64,000 bases of DNA from Candidatus Bathyarchaeota archaeon. GTDB taxonomy: Archaea; Thermoproteota; Bathyarchaeia; Bathyarchaeales; Bathycorpusculaceae. The first letter of the stretch is position 1. Every line of letters starts with the position of its first letter. The notes under the pieces were generated by a model. The model worked only from the letters and a program-made list of their open reading frames with translations. It searched no databases and was not told the origin of the DNA. Below, piece after piece: positions 38,552-47,706 of this stretch. The DNA is taken from positions 32,001 through 96,000 of the forward strand of contig CAVTZU010000011.1 in assembly GCA_963739305.1 (NCBI GenBank), written 5' to 3'. The translations under genes and the position numbers were made by a program.

Positions 38552-39477
38552 CAGGAATGGTTACAATAAAGGAGCTTCCGAAAGAAGAGTATCTGCTCAA
38601 AGGTCATGCAGCCTGCGCCGGTTGCGGTCCCGCTATCTCACTACGTCTACTTTTAAAAGCGTTAGGCAACAAAGTCATGCTAGTCGTTCCTGCGTGCTGC
38701 ACAACGGTGATTCAAGGGCCATATCCATTCACTTCATCTGCCGTTCCTCTTCAAAACATCTTGTTTGAATCGACGGGGGCTGCGGCTTCCGGAATTGTTG
38801 CAGCTTTGAAGGCTCGGAAGCTTCAGGGCATCACCGTAGTTGGATGGGCTGGAGACGGCGGCACAGCAGACATAGGAATTCAAGCTTTGTCGGGAGCGGC
38901 TGAAAGAGGAACCAATTTCATCTATGTATGCTACGACAACGAAGCATACGGCAACACGGGTATGCAGAGAAGTGGGTTGACACCTTACGGCGCGTGGACG
39001 ACTACCACTCCCAGTGGAAAGAAAGAGAGCAAGAAAGACATGCCCATGATCATGGCTGCTCACAGAATTCCATACGTCGCAACTGCCAGCACAGGGTACC
39101 CGTTGGATTTCGTAAACAAGCTCAGAAAAGCAAAGGATATCGAAGGGACAAAGTACATTCATCTCCTTGCACCATGCCCCACCGGCTGGCGATGTGACAC
39201 AAGCAAAACCATTGAGCTGGGCAGACTCGCGGTTCTCACTGGTATATGGGCTCTGTACGAGATTGAAAATGGGAAGTTTAAGCTCAATTCTCCGAGCGAC
39301 CGACTCGTCGACAAAACAAAACGGAAGTCTATCACAGAATACTTCTCATTGCAAGGTCGATTTCGCGGTCTGAAAGAACCGGATCTTCAACGAATCCAGA
39401 TAGGGATTGACGAGGACTGGGAACGATATCGCAAGCTGGCTTCGACAGAAGCTTCTGAGCCTGCGGTTACGGCATAG
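38548..39477 (+). CDS. porB: 2-oxoacid:ferredoxin oxidoreductase beta subunit
   Basis: CAGCG, TPP motif GDGG...DNEAYGNTG, PCPTGW; substrate (POR vs VOR) not determinable. Confidence 0.94.
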   Translation: MTGMVTIKELPKEEYLLKGHAACAGCGPAISLRLLLKALGNKVMLVVPACCTTVIQGPYPFTSSAVPLQNILFESTGAAASGIVAALKARKLQGITVVGWAGDGGTADIGIQALSGAAERGTNFIYVCYDNEAYGNTGMQRSGLTPYGAWTTTTPSGKKESKKDMPMIMAAHRIPYVATASTGYPLDFVNKLRKAKDIEGTKYIHLLAPCPTGWRCDTSKTIELGRLAVLTGIWALYEIENGKFKLNSPSDRLVDKTKRKSITEYFSLQGRFRGLKEPDLQRIQIGIDEDWERYRKLASTEASEPAVTA

Positions 39478-39607
39478 AGTTGAATCCACGCAGACAAAAA
39501 CATCGTTAACTTCTAGCTGGCAACTCGCTTCTTGCGGTGCTTTTCGCGGAAGGGTCAGAGATAATTATATAAAAGTGGCTTCCCAAACCTCTAGTTCCGA
39601 TGGGTGA

Positions 39608-40951
39608 TTGAGAATGAGCACTTACCCTAAGATTGTCGTTACGCCTCCAGGTCCGAAAGCGAGAGAGTGGGTCAAGAAAGACGAGACTTTGATCTCACCA
39701 TCCTACGGCCGATTCTACCCGCTCGTCGTCGAATCAGCAAAAGGCTGCATCGTCAAAGACGTAGACGGAAACGAGTTCATCGACTTCAACTCTGCATTGG
39801 TATGCATGAATGTGGGTCACAACCATCCGAAGGTTGTCGCAGCCATAAAGAGTCAAACTGACCGCTTTCTGCACTATTCGAACACGGACTTTTTCTACAG
39901 AGAGGTCATCGAGCTTGCTGACAAGCTCGCGCACATCACGCCAGGAAGCCCCGAAAAGAAATCATATTTTGGAAACAGCGGCGCCGAGGCAATAGAGGCC
40001 GCGATCAAACTTGCCAAATGGCACACTCGGAAACAGCTCTTTCTGGCCTTCATAAGCGCGTTTCACGGACGCACGATAGGAGCCTTATCTCTTACGGCTA
40101 GCAAACCAACACAGAGACGTCACTTCTCTCCGTTAATGCCTGGAGTGACTCACGTACCCTATGGGTATTGTTACCGTTGTCCTTTCAAAATGTCTTTTCC
40201 TGAATGCGGTTATTGGTGCGTTGATTTTATCGACGAATACGTTCTGCAGAAGTATGTGCCGGCTGAGGACGTGGCCGCAATAGTAGTCGAGCCAATACAA
40301 GGTGAGGGTGGATACGTCGTGCCGCCGCCGGAGTACTTCCAGCGAATCAAGAAACTAGCTGACAAATACGGTTTCCTCTTCATAGATGATGAAGTTCAAT
40401 CCGGGATGGGCAGGACTGGGAAGTGGTTTGCCATTGAACACTGGGGCGTCGAACCAGACATAGTAACCTCCTCCAAGGCTTTAGCGTCGGGGCTTCCCTT
40501 GGGGGCAGCCGTTGCAAAAGCCAAGATCATGGATTGGGTTCCAGGGTCACACGCGAGCACTTTCGGTGGCAATCCTCTTTCATGTGTGGCTGCATCAGCC
40601 GTGATAGACGCGATAAAAGAGGAGAAGCTTCTTGAGAACGCAACCAAACAGGGCGCATACATCATGAAAAGGCTGACAGAACTGATGGAAAAAAGCGAAA
40701 TCGTAGGCGACGTTCGAGGCAAGGGGTTGATGATTGGAATGGAGATCGTTGAAGACAAGGAAAGCAAGAAGCCCGCGCCCCAGAAGGTAAGTGAAATAAT
40801 GACGCGCTCTTGGAAACGCGGTGTGAACGTAATAACATGCGGGGCGTCAACAATCAGAATTGCGCCACCGCTGATCATCACTAGAGAACTCATAGATGCG
40901 TCATTAGACATCATTGAAGACGTCATGAAAGAAGTTGAAAAAGGGAAGTAA
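39608..40951 (+). CDS. Class III PLP aminotransferase (ornithine/4-aminobutyrate type)
   Basis: SGAEA, FHGRT, EPIQGEGG, DEVQSGMGRTG, SSKA, STFGGNP. Confidence 0.92.
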   Translation: MRMSTYPKIVVTPPGPKAREWVKKDETLISPSYGRFYPLVVESAKGCIVKDVDGNEFIDFNSALVCMNVGHNHPKVVAAIKSQTDRFLHYSNTDFFYREVIELADKLAHITPGSPEKKSYFGNSGAEAIEAAIKLAKWHTRKQLFLAFISAFHGRTIGALSLTASKPTQRRHFSPLMPGVTHVPYGYCYRCPFKMSFPECGYWCVDFIDEYVLQKYVPAEDVAAIVVEPIQGEGGYVVPPPEYFQRIKKLADKYGFLFIDDEVQSGMGRTGKWFAIEHWGVEPDIVTSSKALASGLPLGAAVAKAKIMDWVPGSHASTFGGNPLSCVAASAVIDAIKEEKLLENATKQGAYIMKRLTELMEKSEIVGDVRGKGLMIGMEIVEDKESKKPAPQKVSEIMTRSWKRGVNVITCGASTIRIAPPLIITRELIDASLDIIEDVMKEVEKGK

Positions 40952-41067
40952 ACGTCCACTCACGCGCCGAGAAAGGCTGACGGCAGCTGACCATAACGGA
41001 GAATTGCCCAGCAGGCACTCGGGTCTTTCTTCGCTGCATATAATGCACTTCATGCAAGGTTGAGACT

Positions 41068-41652
41068 CTAAAAGTCCCGCGGTTTTGCGATTACTTCCCT
41101 GATTTTCAATTCGAAGAATTTGGCGGAATTGGCAGGACGTATCAGCAAAGCTGTGTCTGCGCCTCGGCCAGTTCCAGCAATAGCTATGACGTCTCTGTCA
41201 ACCGGAATCATGCCCGCATCAGCGGCCATCAGAGTTATCTCGACGCAGACTTTCGTGCCTTCCCCCATGCGTCTGAGTACGTTTGCGATTAACTCTAATG
41301 ATTGTATCGTGCCGAAGTTCTCGCGAACTGCCCTTTCTGCGCTGCTGAGGGCGTGAGTTCCAACAAAGATCTTGGCGGCGCTCGCAGTCATGACATTCTC
41401 GTACCGCTCTTCCATCTCGTTCTTTCCAGGTTCTTTGAAGCCAAAGGCATGAGCAACGACCACAACGTTGAAACCTTTGAACATTTGAGTTGTTTCAGCC
41501 CCAGTCTGACCGGTGGTCGATGCGACCACGATGTCCCTAATGCCTTCTCTTTCAGCATACTCTTTTACGGTTTTCAGCAGACCCGCAGTGTTTGAGTTGC
41601 CTGCCTCTTCGAAATATGTGACCTTCCTCTCAACGGAATTCATGGTACTCAC
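41068..41652 (-). CDS. Pyruvate kinase C-terminal domain-like protein
   Basis: VVASTTGQT, GTKVCVEITLMAADAG, AGTGRGADTA. Confidence 0.85.
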   Translation of the reverse strand: MSTMNSVERKVTYFEEAGNSNTAGLLKTVKEYAEREGIRDIVVASTTGQTGAETTQMFKGFNVVVVAHAFGFKEPGKNEMEERYENVMTASAAKIFVGTHALSSAERAVRENFGTIQSLELIANVLRRMGEGTKVCVEITLMAADAGMIPVDRDVIAIAGTGRGADTALLIRPANSAKFFELKIREVIAKPRDF

Positions 41653-41695
41653 ATCGGTTAGCTGCTACAACCCTGCGTTTTTTATAGTTTTTGAA

Positions 41696-42250
41696 CTACC
41701 GAGGCTGTCCTTCAGATTCTCTTCTCAGCGGTTTACGCTTCAGATCCGTTCCGCAAACCTCGCACTGGGAAGATTTGTAGTCTGTGGGATACGTCTTGCG
41801 GCATGCAGGGCAGTAGCGCAGCCATTCCAAACGACGACGAATGCCAAACGTGGTCAGCGGAGCAAACTCGATCTCCAGTTGCTTCGCGACGTTCTGTATA
41901 GAATAATCATCCGTTGCGATCAGCGGACAGTAGCCTCGGTTTTTGAGTTCAATCGCAAGCGCTAGGAGTTGAAGGTCGGTTTCAGAAAGAAAGTAAGTGT
42001 CACCCACCGTCGAAGCAGATTTCCTGGCTTCTTCCAGGCTCTGGGCGTTTGGGGTTTCAACTCTTATTTTACCGTTCTCTTCTGCCGTCTTGAACCTGAA
42101 GTTCAGAACAGAATCTTCCGGAATCTCGCTTCTGACCGAAGGAACGGTGTATTGTTCTTCACTTATAGAGAAAGGGTCGAGCCCGGCTACAAAAGCCGAT
42201 GTATCCAGAACTACAACTCTCTTGCCGGCTGGGTGGCCTAAAGTCTTCAC
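41696..42250 (-). CDS. nob1: Nob1 endonuclease (PIN plus Zn ribbon)
   Basis: VLDTSAF, LSETD, TDDYSIQN, CPAC...CEVCG; start reassigned to GTG 42250. Confidence 0.9.
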   Translation of the reverse strand: MKTLGHPAGKRVVVLDTSAFVAGLDPFSISEEQYTVPSVRSEIPEDSVLNFRFKTAEENGKIRVETPNAQSLEEARKSASTVGDTYFLSETDLQLLALAIELKNRGYCPLIATDDYSIQNVAKQLEIEFAPLTTFGIRRRLEWLRYCPACRKTYPTDYKSSQCEVCGTDLKRKPLRRESEGQPR

Positions 42251-43116
42251 CTCATTCCCTTGAAGACGAGTCTGGTTCTCAAACGTGGATAAAAGTTCTC
42301 CGTGAACCTTATGAATGAAGTGGCGTTCTTCGACCTTGTGATCGTAAGGGACGGAAGCCTGGAAGTTACTCGCTTCTTGTAATGTCCGTCGATCAGCACC
42401 TGCGTGCTCCTCGGCTTGTTGACTTCGATCCTGAGTGTCGTGTCTGCAGGGAAAACTATCGGGCGGAAAATGCTTAAGGGGCACACTGGGGTGAGAACGA
42501 ACGCGTCGATGCACGGATCCAATACAGGTCCTCCCGCAGAGAGCGAGTAACCCGTGGATCCTGTCTGCGTTGCTACCATCAAGCCATCAGATTGGCACAC
42601 GACGATTGGTTCATCGTTCCTGAAAATCTTCGTGTAGAGTAGTTTGCCTGGTTCATCAGGAGAAACCACAACTTCATTCAAAGCGTCAGGAAACTGCGAG
42701 CTGTCAGCATTGATGGCAAGCTTCATACATTCTTCAATCCTAAACTTGCCTGCAAGTATTCTGTCGACCTTTGCCAAGGCATCTTCCGGTTCGACTTCAG
42801 TCAGAAAACCCCTGACTCCCATGTTCACACCGAGCAACGGTGGCTCGGGTTTGGGCAAAGAAATGCATGTCCTGAGTATTGTTCCGTCTCCGCCTATCGT
42901 TATGACAAAATCAGCCTTCATGCGGTCAAGTGGAACGAATGTTACATCGCCACTGACTTTCTTGGACAAAGTGTCTTCGACATAGACTTCCAGTCCCCGT
43001 GCTCTGAGGTGTTTGGCAAGATCTTCGGCGAGCGTGATCGCACGTTTCCTGTCGTAGCGAGCGACCAAGCCGACATTCTTGAACACGGTTTTCACCCTTG
43101 AGCCTAGTTCCGACAC
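42247..43116 (-). CDS. nadK: NAD kinase
   Basis: GGDGT, NE, TGSTGYSLSAGGP. Confidence 0.94.
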   Translation of the reverse strand: MSELGSRVKTVFKNVGLVARYDRKRAITLAEDLAKHLRARGLEVYVEDTLSKKVSGDVTFVPLDRMKADFVITIGGDGTILRTCISLPKPEPPLLGVNMGVRGFLTEVEPEDALAKVDRILAGKFRIEECMKLAINADSSQFPDALNEVVVSPDEPGKLLYTKIFRNDEPIVVCQSDGLMVATQTGSTGYSLSAGGPVLDPCIDAFVLTPVCPLSIFRPIVFPADTTLRIEVNKPRSTQVLIDGHYKKRVTSRLPSLTITRSKNATSFIRFTENFYPRLRTRLVFKGMR

Positions 43117-43119
43117 TCT

Positions 43120-43147
43120 AATCTATATATGGGTGCTGTTTAAAATT
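43120..43147 (+). repeat. Direct repeat, left copy
   Basis: AATCTATATATGGGTGCTGTTTAAAATT. Confidence 0.9.
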
Positions 43148-43148
43148 T

Positions 43149-43298
43149 GCGCGCGGTAAGAAACTGGGAGCCTTGCTTGAAAGGAAGAAAGGAGAGAAGG
43201 AAGACGTATTCTACTTAGATGAATTGCTCGATTTGATTCGTGAAGCATCTTTAGAAGACGAAACTGAAGCAAAGATGAGAAGGGTCACAGAGTCGTAG
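43149..43298 (+). pseudogene. Gene fragment or small ORF between two (GC)n runs
   Basis: Open frame ARGKKLGALLERKKGEKEDVFYLDELLDLIREASLEDETEAKMRRVTES*; TAG abuts GCGCGCGC. Confidence 0.4.
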
Positions 43299-43428
43299 CG
43301 CGCGCCACTTCATACACCAACCGACTTATTAACGCAGCAAGTGGTTCTTTACGCAGGGGTTAATCGTCTCACCTGTTTCCACCACGCCTAGTTAAGAAAA
43401 ACTGATATACCCACAGAACCAAGTCAGG

Positions 43429-44235
43429 ATGAGCGATAACATGAGAAACTTGAATGGGAACAATCTGAGAATTGGTTTGCTGGCAATTCTTGTGTTAGCA
43501 GTATTTGCTCCCACAATGGTTCATGCCAAAGATTACACAGTTGGAGTCAAAGCTGGAGACTGGGTCAAGTATGGCCAAATCACGGTCAGCTGGACTGGAA
43601 ACGGAACCGAGCCTTCATACGTCGCAGAGACAAGGAAGATTGACTGGACGAGAATAGACGTCCTAAGCGTTGCGGGTACAACAGCCAGCTTGAACCAAAC
43701 TGTTCACTTCAACAACGGTACGCAAACGTCCCAAAGCTTGGACACAGACGTCCAAAGCAGTAACTCACCCGGAGCGTCATACCTCATCGCGTCCAACTTG
43801 ACAGCTGGAGACCCGATCAGGCCACAAACACCCGGAACCACCATAAATCAAACTGTGACCGGGCTGTACGCAGGAGGAAACAGAAACGTCAACATAATAG
43901 ACTTCAAAGGTAACCTGCCAGGAATGGGGGCGAACAACACGTTCGAATACAAGACATACTGGGACCAAAGCACCGGCGTCATGGTTGAACTATACATAAA
44001 CGCGACAGACATTACCAATTCTGGCGGGTACGAAGAAATCTCGTTCAAGGCAATTGAGACAAACCTGTGGTCAGCAAATACTCTTGACATTATACAGAAC
44101 AATTTAATCTATATCATTGCTGGAATAGCCGTCATAATAGTCATCGCGGCGGCAACTATCGTCCTCCGAAGAAGAAAACCCTCAACTTCCCAACAAGCTC
44201 CACCTCCTCCGACGCTTCCACCCCCGCCGCCATAA
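43429..44235 (+). CDS. Secreted, C-terminally membrane-anchored protein with Pro-rich tail
   Basis: Signal peptide, VGVKAGDWVKY, N-x-T sequons, C-terminal TM plus RRRK and poly-Pro. Confidence 0.85.
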   Translation: MSDNMRNLNGNNLRIGLLAILVLAVFAPTMVHAKDYTVGVKAGDWVKYGQITVSWTGNGTEPSYVAETRKIDWTRIDVLSVAGTTASLNQTVHFNNGTQTSQSLDTDVQSSNSPGASYLIASNLTAGDPIRPQTPGTTINQTVTGLYAGGNRNVNIIDFKGNLPGMGANNTFEYKTYWDQSTGVMVELYINATDITNSGGYEEISFKAIETNLWSANTLDIIQNNLIYIIAGIAVIIVIAAATIVLRRRKPSTSQQAPPPPTLPPPPP

Positions 44236-44548
44236 GACAGCAAAGCGCGCGTCTGATGACTTTGGGCGATGCTTCCGTATACAACTAACTCCAAGTATCA
44301 CAAGAAATACCACCGCCGAGCTGAATTGCCGCTCTCTTTCGTCAACTGATTCTAGTTTTCAGAGATAACTCGCTTTTCAGTGCGCGATTCAACCGCGCGC
44401 GTATGCTCAACGCGGTAATCCCCAGATGCACTTGTTACGTTATCAAGATCAAAAGAGCTTCAGAGCCCACTGTTCGTTTTTTGGTACAATGATGTTCTAA
44501 GGCTTAGCATTAAGCACTTCAGTGTTCTCATTGTTTTAGGGTGAAAAA

Positions 44549-45262
44549 ATGAAGAGACGAATGAAACTGGAACTAGTTTTGGCCATATTGATGACTCTTG
44601 CAATTGCGTCCCTGGCGATCTATGCGAGCCTGCCGAAAAATCCAGATAGAACCGTGCTGTACATTCAGTCAATTCGCAGCTATGGTTCGTCATCTTTTCA
44701 AGGCACGTCCACTCAACAAGTCATCACCGAGAACATTCAAGGTGAATTGAGAAAAGGGGAATTTGAGACCACAGTTGAAGGATTAAAGAATCTTACCTTG
44801 GTTTATGGTGGAAGAATCCCTAGTCTGCATATGGCCTATGACAATGAGTTATGGAGCGGAACACTGGAATGCAAATTGCCTACAGACAATGTTACATGGT
44901 TCACTTTTGAAGTCAGAAGACTCATCAACGCCCACGGAAAAGTCACGCACATCCTAATAGACGTGAATGAAGTTGAAGTGAACCAGACCCAGACGCCAGA
45001 AATACCACTCTCGGATATCAGCATCTACCTTCAAGAATACGTGGAAGGCTCATCACCTTTCATGAACCAACTTGGCGCAGTCGTTCCTCTGTTGACCACA
45101 GGTCTGCTTTGGATTGCCGAAGGACTCATCATCGCAGTGCCGCTATGCTTCGCGTGCCTCGGAGTCGTCCTAATTGTGAGCCGTGGAATACTTCCGGTCT
45201 GGAAGAGACAGTTCAGAAACAAAATCCCGGCAAAAGAAGTAGCACAAAAGGTCAGCAAGTAG
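44549..45262 (+). CDS. Membrane protein (DUF4349-like architecture)
   Basis: N-terminal TM, extracellular alpha/beta domain, C-terminal TM hairpin. Confidence 0.7.
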   Translation: MKRRMKLELVLAILMTLAIASLAIYASLPKNPDRTVLYIQSIRSYGSSSFQGTSTQQVITENIQGELRKGEFETTVEGLKNLTLVYGGRIPSLHMAYDNELWSGTLECKLPTDNVTWFTFEVRRLINAHGKVTHILIDVNEVEVNQTQTPEIPLSDISIYLQEYVEGSSPFMNQLGAVVPLLTTGLLWIAEGLIIAVPLCFACLGVVLIVSRGILPVWKRQFRNKIPAKEVAQKVSK

Positions 45263-45319
45263 CGCGCGCGCTCTATTCTATATTGGAACTTCCAGCTTTA
45301 TTTAAGGTCTGGATACACT

Positions 45320-45619
45320 ATGGTTGAGAAGAGGTTCAAATTATCTGCACGCATAAGTAGTGATAATTCATCAGCGATCAAGCCGGTGCTTGAACGAATC
45401 ATAGACAATGAAGGAACCATCAAGCCCACGGGCGAAGGATTTGAAGTCAACGCAGAGCTCAATGGAGAAAGCGCCAGGGACCTAAACCGCATGCTACTCT
45501 CAGAGATGCGTAAGGCCGAGAAGAAGACCAGAATCCGCGCAGAATGGACCTCGGGCAACACGATCGAAAGGTTCTTCGATTACGTGCCAAAGGCTAGCGC
45601 GCGCTGCGCAAAAACTTAA
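45320..45619 (+). CDS. Small hypothetical protein
   Basis: 99-aa ORF with TTTAAG TATA upstream; (GC)4 run near its 3' end. Confidence 0.65.
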   Translation: MVEKRFKLSARISSDNSSAIKPVLERIIDNEGTIKPTGEGFEVNAELNGESARDLNRMLLSEMRKAEKKTRIRAEWTSGNTIERFFDYVPKASARCAKT

Positions 45620-45654
45620 TTCCCTATTCTGACTATCTGAGTGTGGTGATTGCG

Positions 45655-45747
45655 TTGAGCACTGGAAGCACTAAGAAGAAACCAATGACTAAAAAGGAAA
45701 GAGAAGAGAAAAGAAGAAAGCACAAAGAGAAACGCTTGAAGAAGTAG
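45655..45747 (+). CDS. Very basic 30-aa peptide (missed by ORF track)
   Basis: GGTGAT SD, TTG start; MSTGSTKKKPMTKKEREEKRRKHKEKRLKK. Confidence 0.5.
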   Translation: MSTGSTKKKPMTKKEREEKRRKHKEKRLKK

Positions 45748-45949
45748 GCTCAATCGTTGGGCATTGTTCATTCTTAGCAACCTTTTTGATCTCACGAATC
45801 CGCCTTTTTGCAAACTTTATAGTTCTTTGGGGCCTTTCTGCCGAAGAAATCACGAGTTGCTCTTCTAATAGACGAAAGGAATTAATCGCTTGGTTTTCTT
45901 CACGCAGTCGCGCTATTCTCGTGCGTGCGAAGACAATAGGGCGAGGTTT

Positions 45950-46507
45950 CTATTCGTAGAATATGAGGTTTTGTTCCTCCAATCTTTCGTGAAGCTTATG
46001 CACTGCGTCATAAACGTCCTGTTCTCTCTTCGCTCCAGTGCAAACAAGGTTCCCGCTTGCGAATATCAATATGACCACCTTAGGCTCGTCCATCCTGTAG
46101 ATCAATCCTGGAAACTGCTCCGGCTCATACATGGTTTTTCCAAGCGTGCTCGCCTCTTCCAACTCTATCCTTCCGCCCAAACTTGCTGAGGAAACTATGT
46201 TCTGAATCTTTGACTCGGGCTTGCTGATGATGATTATTCCGCCTTTTTTCAACTCTTTGACAACTGTCATAATAGCCCTGCGCGCCAATTTTTCCGATTT
46301 CGCTCCTGTGCAAACCATTTTTCCAGAGTTGAAAATCAGTGTAGCCGTCTTCGGTTTCTTAAGCCTAAACACAAGTCCCGGGAACTGTTCGGGACGATAT
46401 TCTGCGCTTGGATAACTCTTCACAATAGCGTTTAAGTCAATTTTCTGGTTTAGAGTGGCAGTGGCAACAACGTTCTGAATGATTACTATAGCTTTGGTCT
46501 TCGGCAT
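45950..46507 (-). CDS. tbp: TATA-box binding protein (probable accessory paralog)
   Basis: Two repeats: IQNVVAT/IQNIVSS, PEQFPGL, IFNSGKMVCTGAK/IFASGNLVCTGAK. Confidence 0.96.
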   Translation of the reverse strand: MPKTKAIVIIQNVVATATLNQKIDLNAIVKSYPSAEYRPEQFPGLVFRLKKPKTATLIFNSGKMVCTGAKSEKLARRAIMTVVKELKKGGIIIISKPESKIQNIVSSASLGGRIELEEASTLGKTMYEPEQFPGLIYRMDEPKVVILIFASGNLVCTGAKREQDVYDAVHKLHERLEEQNLIFYE

Positions 46508-46520
46508 TAGAAACCACTTC

Positions 46521-47198
46521 TTATGGTGCGCGCGTGCATTCGATGACGCTTAAGCTTCCGCTTCTCCCCAGTCGCAACTGCCTTTCACCTCTGAACCAGG
46601 TTACTTTGCCGTTCTTGACGTCAATTGCGTCGCCCTTGTGTACCATGCTGATCTGGTGGTTCCATAAACTCATTTTCATTGAACCTGTTTCGTCTTTGAT
46701 AAGTGCGTTTGATATACACGCAGTCGTTCCATATCTCGTGTAGACCATTTTAGATTCTGGAATCTCGAGCACCTCTGCTTTGAGGCTGACCTTTTTCATT
46801 CCAACTTTCAAGTTCCCAATCTTGGATGTTACACCCTCGAAATTCTTGACTGAGGAAGTTCTGGCCAAAATTGTTTCCGTGTAGCCTTCGAGCTGATTCT
46901 TTCCTCGCAAGATGGCAATCGATATAGGAAATTGAGCTACAACCTTTCGCGCGCGCTTTCGACCCTTGGTAAAGAGAAAAATCGCTGAATTTTTCGTCCT
47001 CTTACGACACTTTATAGCCAACGGCTTACATTCTGACCTGCCGTGATTCCAGGCTTCCACAATGCGATTGAAGAATTCACTAGCATCAACCTTATGCAAA
47101 ATCGCTATTTTAGCAAGGTTCTCCAGAATCCTTCTATCTTTGTATGAAAACATGCTGTCAAGAGGCCTGCCTCTACCTCTCCAAATTTGCTTAGCCAT
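46521..47198 (-). CDS. OB-fold (RPA/SSB-like) protein with N-terminal extension
   Basis: KIGNLKVGM...IKDETGSMKMSLWN...GDAIDVKNG...FRGERQLRLGRSG. Confidence 0.85.
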   Translation of the reverse strand: MAKQIWRGRGRPLDSMFSYKDRRILENLAKIAILHKVDASEFFNRIVEAWNHGRSECKPLAIKCRKRTKNSAIFLFTKGRKRARKVVAQFPISIAILRGKNQLEGYTETILARTSSVKNFEGVTSKIGNLKVGMKKVSLKAEVLEIPESKMVYTRYGTTACISNALIKDETGSMKMSLWNHQISMVHKGDAIDVKNGKVTWFRGERQLRLGRSGSLSVIECTRAP

Positions 47199-47478
47199 CT
47201 AACTTGTTTCCACTCTGTTGTTTTTGACTCGACAAATCCATCGCCAAAATAATAGATCTGACGCGCACATCTCAATATTCAACATCACATATATAGCTTG
47301 GGTGCTAGGCGCGAGGCATAAGTCAAGTCTTGTACTCGGACGCGCTACACACGCAGGTCTAGCGTTCTACTACAACTTAATTTTTCGCAATTTGCCAAGA
47401 CGGGCCTTAAGCCAGACCCGATCACTATCTCGGCCAATAACACTACGACCATGGCACGAATTGACAGAATAATCAAGT

Positions 47479-47612
47479 GAAGGTCGGTTTGGGGGAGTAG
47501 CATCGCTCCCGACTCCCCCTTCGCTCCGTGTAGTCGCTCCCCTATTGTCTCTAGGGAAAAGGTATGATGTTTTGTTTCGATCATGAAGTCGTTTGGCTCT
47601 CGCCAAACTCCC
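47479..47612 (-). ncRNA. Putative structured RNA or miniature element (four hairpins)
   Basis: GTTTGGC-GAGA-GCCAAAC, ATGAT/ATCAT, CCCTA/TAGGG and GGGGGAGT/ACTCCCCC stems; GGAGCGA three times. Confidence 0.4.
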
Positions 47613-47706
47613 ATCGATGCGAGTGACGCCGTTTGCTGACGGAAAACCTCGTGCGCTCAGAAGCCTTGGACGTCGACAATGTAAAGGTGCCGAAAAGTAA
47701 GTGCTA

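Noticed and set aside
39608-40951. Amino-acid racemase of the class III PLP family
   Set aside because: It retains the aminotransferase-type STFGGNP motif, and nothing in the sequence favours a racemase.
42251-42514. Long N-terminal extension of Nob1 in the ORF track
   Set aside because: It overlaps nadK in another frame; the PIN domain begins just after GTG 42250.
43120-43147. Xer dif site
   Set aside because: The length fits 11-6-11, but the arms are only weakly palindromic, the site is about 20 kb from oriC, and promoter elements explain the sequence.
47479-47545. Group II intron 3' end (domain VI-like hairpin ending CCGAC)
   Set aside because: No recognisable domain V with the catalytic triad precedes it, and there is no RT gene.
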